From Candidatus Saccharimonadota bacterium (GTDB lineage Bacteria; Patescibacteriota; Microgenomatia; UBA1406; GWC2-37-13), in contig CP064967.1 in the NCBI GenBank assembly GCA_016699265.1, forward strand, positions 450,001 to 482,000: a DNA stretch of 32,000 bases, given 5' to 3'. Made by a program: the position numbers and the translations under genes. Position 1 is the stretch's first letter; the number at the start of each line of letters is the position of its first letter. The notes under the pieces were generated by a model. The model saw nothing but the letters and a program-made list of their open reading frames with translations, did no database searches and was not told the DNA's origin. This document shows, in pieces, positions 26,828 through 32,000 of the stretch.

Positions 26828-27550
26828 CTACCTAGTAACTTGGTTTGTCATCTCCTTAGCGATTGCTTTAGCCTCACTAATCATTAAAAGAATTCCGTTA
26901 GCTGAGGATGTATTTCGACTCTCAAGATCTTGTAAAGGTAACTCACTATTAAGATGTACATTACCCATATCGGAAATAATGAACTCAAGATTTCCATCTG
27001 CATGATAGATGGCAGATAATACATCGTGAGCATTAAACTCAATCCCGTGCTTGGCAGCAGTAATTGCAATTACTGAGAGTCTGGCTTTCAAATCCTGTAA
27101 TCTTTCTGGGTTTTCGATATCGTACTCCGCAAGTGATTTCACCGTGGACGAGTTATTACGAAAAACGTTACCGATAACAAATCTCTTTGTCTGATTAGAT
27201 GTAATGAGGACATCATTCCAATCTTTCGTCAAGTCTGTCATGAGAATTCCAGAGTACCTTTCTCCTTCCTTGACAAGGCGGAAAGTGCTCGGAACCGGAA
27301 GACCTGCCTTTTTAAGTTGTACGTAAGATTTAAGTGCGTGCGCCGCTCTACCTTCACTGTGATATTCCTTAAACGCTAGTCCTCCAACAGATCGTTCTCT
27401 AATTGATGCTCGGACGTGTCCAACCTGCCCCTCTTCTCCTCTGCCGAGTGAGTCTGGTCTGTCATGTTGAAACTCTAATCGACTTGGTTTGGCGACCGTA
27501 ATACTTTTTTTTATATCGGCTTTAATAAGCACAACATTTCTATGTTCCAT
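26828..27550 (-). CDS. Atypical protein-kinase-like fold protein
   Basis: Glycine loop LGRGEEGQVGHV, Lys in LAFKEY, HxD-like NAHDVL, and a DFG-like ISDMGNV. The start is set at MEHRN (27550), with TATACT 5 nt upstream. Confidence 0.55.
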   Translation of the reverse strand: MEHRNVVLIKADIKKSITVAKPSRLEFQHDRPDSLGRGEEGQVGHVRASIRERSVGGLAFKEYHSEGRAAHALKSYVQLKKAGLPVPSTFRLVKEGERYSGILMTDLTKDWNDVLITSNQTKRFVIGNVFRNNSSTVKSLAEYDIENPERLQDLKARLSVIAITAAKHGIEFNAHDVLSAIYHADGNLEFIISDMGNVHLNSELPLQDLESRNTSSANGILLMISEAKAIAKEMTNQVTR

Positions 27551-27602
27551 AAGAAAGTATAGCAATTAGATCGTCTATTGGGTTCTTTACTAGGTGATTA
27601 CA

Positions 27603-28169
27603 TCATGCAACTATTACCCCTGCCATATTATCAATCAGTTCTTCTACCTTGCGTGGATCAGTAATAAAGACGTGTTTATATGGTAATTCTTCGGTTTCAC
27701 TAGCATCATTTTGATCTCTGGGACCTAACTCAATTACCGTTATAAGACCTTTAAGAGTGCTTAAATCAGATGAAAGTCCTTTAACCAAACCGTTTCTGAC
27801 TATTTCACGGTCAGAGGGTGAAACGATAAGAACAATACCAAGAAGTCCTTCCAAGTCTTGCAAACCAAGCCTTCCACTTTCTTTTCCTCTTTTATGAAAT
27901 GTGTGAGTTATAAAGTCGTCAACTACCGATTTCGGAGAACTATCAACTAGAACTCCAACTTGCTTAGTATATAAATCAGAGTGGGGGTACAAAACGGCAA
28001 AGTCAATAGGTCGTTGACCATCACCCTCATTCAATAGTGCGAAGGTCTCAGCGATTAGTGGATTCTTTACCTTAGGCACTACGAGCCCAACATGCACTGG
28101 GTGACTGATGAGAAATATTCTCTCTGCATCACCAGGAAAGTACGTTCTACCTACTTCTTTTTGTCCCAT
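27603..28169 (-). CDS. Hypothetical protein
   Basis: 188 aa ORF with no motif recognised. Its promoter is at 28243-28271. Confidence 0.55.
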   Translation of the reverse strand: MGQKEVGRTYFPGDAERIFLISHPVHVGLVVPKVKNPLIAETFALLNEGDGQRPIDFAVLYPHSDLYTKQVGVLVDSSPKSVVDDFITHTFHKRGKESGRLGLQDLEGLLGIVLIVSPSDREIVRNGLVKGLSSDLSTLKGLITVIELGPRDQNDASETEELPYKHVFITDPRKVEELIDNMAGVIVA

Positions 28170-28242
28170 AAATATGCTTCTTGAAATTACTCCTATCTGC
28201 TTACCTAAAATGGTAAAAAGTGAAGGTTTAAGAAGTACTTAT

Positions 28243-28271
28243 AGTATACCAGAAAATAGGCTCTAAATCAA
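28243..28271 (-). promoter_or_regulatory. Promoter TTGATT-17 nt-TATACT containing the conserved 12-mer TTAGAGCCTATT
   Basis: Plus-strand agtata at 28243-28248, aatcaa at 28266-28271, and aataggctctaa at 28255-28266. Confidence 0.5.
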
Positions 28272-28276
28272 TACAG

Positions 28277-28687
28277 TTATTTGCTAGGTTTATAACGAAA
28301 TACTGTCTGTAATCGACGATTTGTAGGAAAAGCTATACCGTTAATTTTATGCCCTGCAATCACTCCACTCAAGTCAACAACTTGCCTAGGTTTTAACCCT
28401 TCAGTACTTAGATCTTCCATAGTATCTAGGAATGCAACAGTAGGAGTGAGTGTCTCGGTTTTTTTGATACCAAGTGATTCTGGGTCTAGAACAACAACTT
28501 CATAAAAATGGGTAGTTGTTCCTACATCTATCGTTTCACCAAAAAAACTGGCTACAGCTGGACTTTCCTCTCGGAAAGCAAGTACTTTTCCCTCCTCAAT
28601 TTTTCGTTTTGTAAATGGTATGGGAACCGTCCAGTCGCGCTCGATACCCGAATGGACCCTAATTTGACGTCTCCGTTCAATTGTCAT
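28277..28687 (-). CDS. Hypothetical small protein, M-T-I-E-R-R family
   Basis: 136 aa. The 5' end TAAGCTATGACAATTGAACGG is near-identical to that of the 28777-28980 ORF. Confidence 0.6.
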   Translation of the reverse strand: MTIERRRQIRVHSGIERDWTVPIPFTKRKIEEGKVLAFREESPAVASFFGETIDVGTTTHFYEVVVLDPESLGIKKTETLTPTVAFLDTMEDLSTEGLKPRQVVDLSGVIAGHKINGIAFPTNRRLQTVFRYKPSK

Positions 28688-28694
28688 AGCTTAT

Positions 28695-28700
28695 AGTATA
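28695..28700 (-). promoter_or_regulatory. -10 element TATACT, 7 nt upstream of ATG 28687
   Basis: Plus-strand agtata at 28695-28700. Confidence 0.45.
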
Positions 28701-28776
28701 ACATACTACATCTAGAATTTCTATATAAGAATATTTCTGAAAAGTTCGTAACGAGATTTCGATTTTTAGTTCAACA

Positions 28777-28980
28777 TTACTTATTTCTCGTAAGATTTGG
28801 GTACTTCGCAATAGCGCGATGGGGAGATATAATTTCCACTGCTCCGTTATGATCAACTCGTATAATTTTCCCGCTTATTACAGCTACTGTGCTGCTACTA
28901 AGTAGCACGGAATGTGGATCTGCTGAGTCCGGGAAAGTGATAGTTATGGGTTTTGCTATTGGGGACCGTTCTATACTCAT
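28777..28980 (-). CDS. Hypothetical small protein, M-S-I-E-R family (short paralogue)
   Basis: 67 aa. N-terminus MSIER and tail VAVISGKII...YPNLTRNK, compared with GVIAGHKI...RYKPSK in the 136 aa ORF. Confidence 0.5.
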   Translation of the reverse strand: MSIERSPIAKPITITFPDSADPHSVLLSSSTVAVISGKIIRVDHNGAVEIISPHRAIAKYPNLTRNK

Positions 28981-28986
28981 AGCTTA

Positions 28987-29015
28987 ATTATACCTTATAA
29001 TAGGCTCTAAACTAT
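28987..29015 (-). promoter_or_regulatory. Promoter ATAGTT-17 nt-TATAAT with the same 12-mer TTAGAGCCTATT, 6 nt before ATG 28980
   Basis: Plus-strand attata at 28987-28992 and aataggctctaa at 28999-29010. The 12-mer sits at the same 6-nt distance from the -10 as at 28243-28266. Confidence 0.5.
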
Positions 29016-29078
29016 ACACATATTTGTTTAGAAATCTTATTCAATGACAATTGTTAAAATATTATCTACACTAAAGTT

Positions 29079-29540
29079 ATGATAGTTATGAGGAAAGCTT
29101 CACAAAAAGCAGGTTTTACTCTTGTAGAGTTATTGGTGGCAATAGGCATCTTTGGAGTATTAGTTGCGATTACGATAGTTGCTATAAATCCAGGAAGACA
29201 GTTCTCCCGTGCAAATAACACCAAAAGGCAAAGTGACGTTACTGCTCTTCTCGATGCGCTCGGACAATACTCTGCCGAAAATTCGGGAAGACTTCCCGCC
29301 ACAATAACTACAACGAACAAGACAGTAAGCAATACAGGAGCCGATATCTGCGGTCTGTTGGTACCAAATTACCTATCTGCCCTTCCTGTAGATCCAGGTA
29401 CAAATAACGGAACAGCTATTTCTAGTTGTGCCGGCGCTTACACCACAAACTATGAGGTCGCTCTTGATGCGAGTGGCCGCCTCATGGTAACTGCCCCCGC
29501 AACAGAGCTTGGAGGTGCGGTTATTACAGCAACTAGATAG
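29079..29540 (+). CDS. Type IV pilin / pseudopilin-like protein with a prepilin N-terminal cleavage-methylation motif
   Basis: KAGFTLVELLVAIGIFGVLVAI (G|FTLxE motif), followed by a Ser/Thr/Gly-rich globular part with two Cys. Confidence 0.85.
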   Translation: MIVMRKASQKAGFTLVELLVAIGIFGVLVAITIVAINPGRQFSRANNTKRQSDVTALLDALGQYSAENSGRLPATITTTNKTVSNTGADICGLLVPNYLSALPVDPGTNNGTAISSCAGAYTTNYEVALDASGRLMVTAPATELGGAVITATR

Positions 29541-29844
29541 TGAGTGATGTCGCCTATATGCTTTGAACGATGTGAGCCTAGGGATTCCAGAATGGAACAC
29601 TTGGCAGGATTATTTTAACAGGATTGCTCACGCCTTTACTCATTACCAAAACTCAGCTATTTAGCTCCAGTCGAGTGTATAACGTTAGAACCTTTTTAGC
29701 TCAAATTTAAGACTCTATTTCAATAAAGAAGACATTCTACTAACTCAAGAATAGTATGAAAAGAAGTAGATACGACGAAAAATTCTAATGAACATACATC
29801 TTCTGTTTTTCATTGTTAAGAAGACCTAAATCCTAGGTCTGTAG

Positions 29845-29850
29845 TATAAT
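29845..29850 (+). promoter_or_regulatory. -10 element TATAAT, 6 nt upstream of the YcaO ATG
   Basis: TATAAT at 29845-29850 and ATG at 29857. It is preceded by the palindrome AGACCTA-5 nt-TAGGTCT (29822-29840). Confidence 0.5.
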
Positions 29851-29856
29851 AAAGCC

Positions 29857-31179
29857 ATGTTCAATACTCTAAATGAGAAAGACGAACCGAGAGTCCTAGC
29901 AACCTTAGACAATATTTCAAAGATTTATCCAAAGCTGTCCTTTATAAAAGAGCTGCATAAAATTAAGCAATACTCCGACGAACCAAAATATTTCCAATAT
30001 GTGGTTAGAATGGAAGACGATCTCAAAAACACAGATGGCCACACGTCAAATGAAAAAAAAGCTGGTGGAGGATCTTTTTTATCGGAGCAACTGGCACTAT
30101 TGAAATGCTTAGGGGAAGCAATTGAAAGATTCTCATGCTCAACTTATAAAAACACGGACCTTGTAACTTCGTCTGCAGAGAAATTAGAAGGTAGTATCGA
30201 CGTCACTAAAATCGTCGGCTTAACAGAAAGACAAAAAAAACAAAATAAAATGTTTAACGTCACTCCAAAGTCTGTTTTACGTTGGAAACAGGGTTACTCA
30301 CTTGGTACTGGCAAAAAAGCCTATATCCCCGCCCAACTTATCTACCATAATTATAAATTTGACTCTCAGGAAAATATGTTTTATTTACCAATCAGTACAG
30401 GAGCTGCTGGTGGAGGAAGCTTGACCGCGGCTTTAACGAGAGGAATATTTGAGATAGTAGAAAGAGATTCATTTGTTATTGCGTATTTAAATAAGATACG
30501 CTTCCCAAAAGTAAGTCTAGACTCAGTAAAAGATGAATACGTCCAATTCCTACTTGAGATGTTAAAACGATATAGGCTTGCAATTCATGTTATAGATATT
30601 ACTAACGACTTAAAGATACCCTGCTTTCTGTCAATAATAGTCAATAAGACAGGTATTGGTCCTGCTGTATCTACTGGTCTTAAGTGCCATCTTGACCCAA
30701 TCGAGGCGATAACAGGTTCTATAGAGGAAGCATTTAATGTTCGTACCTGGACTCGACAAAATTACGAGGACAATCCTAAGAAAGAAAAGAAAAACATGAG
30801 TGGAAATATAAGTAACACTGATCAGAGAGGGGTTTATTGGTACCAAAAAGAAATGATACATAAATTGGATTTTTGGCTAGACCAAAATGAAAAAACCTAT
30901 AACTTAAGCCATGTTAAGTTATCACAACAAAAAATTCTCAGCACCACTGTGCAATCCCTTTTTAAGAAAGGATATGAAATATACTACGCTGATGTAACGC
31001 TACCACTATTAAAGAGGGTCGGTTATAAAATTGTTAAGGTAGTAATTCCTGGATTACAACCTTTCTACATGAACGAGATTTTGCCATATTTAGGAGGCGA
31101 AAGATTAACAGAAGTACCTAAAAAACTACCTTATCAATTTTCACGCACTTTAAATAAGGTGCCACATCCTTTTCTATGA
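29857..31179 (+). CDS. YcaO-domain protein (cyclodehydratase-type)
   Basis: 440 aa. LKCLGEAIERFS, PISTGAAGGGS, GIFEIVERDSF, and a proline-containing C-terminus KVPHPFL. Confidence 0.85.
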   Translation: MFNTLNEKDEPRVLATLDNISKIYPKLSFIKELHKIKQYSDEPKYFQYVVRMEDDLKNTDGHTSNEKKAGGGSFLSEQLALLKCLGEAIERFSCSTYKNTDLVTSSAEKLEGSIDVTKIVGLTERQKKQNKMFNVTPKSVLRWKQGYSLGTGKKAYIPAQLIYHNYKFDSQENMFYLPISTGAAGGGSLTAALTRGIFEIVERDSFVIAYLNKIRFPKVSLDSVKDEYVQFLLEMLKRYRLAIHVIDITNDLKIPCFLSIIVNKTGIGPAVSTGLKCHLDPIEAITGSIEEAFNVRTWTRQNYEDNPKKEKKNMSGNISNTDQRGVYWYQKEMIHKLDFWLDQNEKTYNLSHVKLSQQKILSTTVQSLFKKGYEIYYADVTLPLLKRVGYKIVKVVIPGLQPFYMNEILPYLGGERLTEVPKKLPYQFSRTLNKVPHPFL

Positions 31180-31955
31180 AAATCAATAACGAATTAAAAA
31201 AGAAATTTAATTTACTGCCATATTCTGAATCGCAACAGTACCATCATGCAACAAAACTTACAAAATTTATAGAAAAAAAAGGTTCTATAAATAATGGTCC
31301 CAAAGAGTGGTTTCATATTTTCTATAAAGGCTATCCAAAATTCGAAAAAATCGTATTACCGAAAAAAATCAATTTGGATAACGTAAAACTCCTACATGCT
31401 TTAAGCAAAAGAAAGACACTGAGAGAATACTCAGGAAAAGAGTTAAATTTTTCAAAACTAGGTACATTGCTTTACTATTCAGCAGGATTAAGAAATAAAA
31501 ATCGTAAGGCTGGGAATAGATTCTACCCTTCTGCTGGAGCAAGGTATCCTCTTGAGACATACATAGTAAGTTTTAATACTAAAGGGCTTAAACAGGGAAT
31601 TTATCACTACCACCTAAGAAGTGGCAAATTAGAGTTTCTTTGGACAAAGAAACATTTTAAGGAAGTGCTTATGAAAAACTTCAACCAAGATTGGATATCG
31701 AACGCAGGAGCATTGATCGTTATTTCAGCAGTTTTTTGGAGGAATGAAATGAAGTATCGAGACAGAGGCTATAGACATACTTTAACAGAATTAGGAGCTT
31801 TAACACAAAACATATATCTTCTTTCAGCGGTTCTAAAATTAGGCTGCGCTTCAATTGGAGGTTTCATTGACGATAAATTAAACTCATTATTGGATTTAGA
31901 TGGTGAAGATGAGTCCGTATTAGGAGTCATAGCGGTCGGTGAGATTGACAAATAG
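31176..31955 (+). CDS. SagB-type dehydrogenase (nitroreductase superfamily)
   Basis: 259 aa. TLREYSGKELNFSKLGTLLYYSAG...NRFYPSAGARYPLETYIV...YRHTLTELGALTQN. It overlaps the YcaO stop by 4 nt. Confidence 0.85.
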   Translation: MKINNELKKKFNLLPYSESQQYHHATKLTKFIEKKGSINNGPKEWFHIFYKGYPKFEKIVLPKKINLDNVKLLHALSKRKTLREYSGKELNFSKLGTLLYYSAGLRNKNRKAGNRFYPSAGARYPLETYIVSFNTKGLKQGIYHYHLRSGKLEFLWTKKHFKEVLMKNFNQDWISNAGALIVISAVFWRNEMKYRDRGYRHTLTELGALTQNIYLLSAVLKLGCASIGGFIDDKLNSLLDLDGEDESVLGVIAVGEIDK

Positions 31956-32000
31956 TTTTTTCTGATATATATTTACGGTCGTAAGGGTTAGGGGGTGATT

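Noticed and set aside
29373-29600. 75 aa minus-strand ORF
   Set aside because: It is antisense to the 3' half of the pilin-like gene and is Cys/Arg/Ser-rich. It is treated as a shadow ORF.
29547-29829. Small ORFs (23 aa MSPICFERCEPRDSRMEHLAGLF, 10 aa, 13 aa; minus-strand 21-22 aa) as YcaO precursor peptides
   Set aside because: None has a leader plus Cys/Ser/Thr/Gly-rich core organisation, an RBS or a promoter-ATG arrangement. They cannot be distinguished from chance ORFs in AT-rich spacer.

Overview
AT-rich, gene-dense bacterial window, transcribed mostly from the minus strand. The gene content suggests a small-genome Patescibacteria/CPR-type organism, but that placement is inference only. 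Supporting content is gatCAB, a short PolX, a large glycosyltransferase cluster, a type IV pilin-like protein and many small orphan ORFs.

Gene order:
- dnaE 5' end
- gatC-gatA-gatB
- three small orphan ORFs
- an asparagine-synthetase gene fused to a CofE-like ligase domain
- htpX and lemA
- a LysM protein and PolX
- tRNA-Gly(CCC)
- three tandem paralogues of an uncharacterised methyltransferase-fold-like family
- tRNA-Thr(CGT)
- an Ig-like membrane protein
- a roughly 9 kb surface-glycan cluster: Wzy_C/O-antigen-ligase-like protein, GT2, two GT4, a GT2-flippase fusion, GT2 and two zinc-ribbon methyltransferases
- a Thr/Pro-rich anchored protein
- a GNAT-glmS-yvcK operon
- an atypical kinase-like protein and three orphan ORFs
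- a prepilin-type protein
- a YcaO plus SagB-type dehydrogenase pair at the right edge

Most interesting observations:
- The minimal YcaO/SagB (azole-RiPP-like) pair has no precursor or partner protein in view.
- The tRNA-flanked paralogue triplet has one copy carrying an in-frame TAA at a conserved Gln.
- A dispersed family of small proteins starts M-T/S-I/F-E-R, and each is driven by its own apparently leaderless promoter.
- A -10 hexamer sits 5-8 nt upstream of the ATG at about a dozen genes.
- Phased TTAG/CTAA heptad repeats fill many intergenic spacers.

The sequence also carries at least ten homopolymer-associated frame disruptions (gatA, asnB-cofE, LysM, yvcK x3, glmS x3). These look like assembly or consensus errors rather than biology. 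All protein family calls come from by-eye motif recognition, not from searches.
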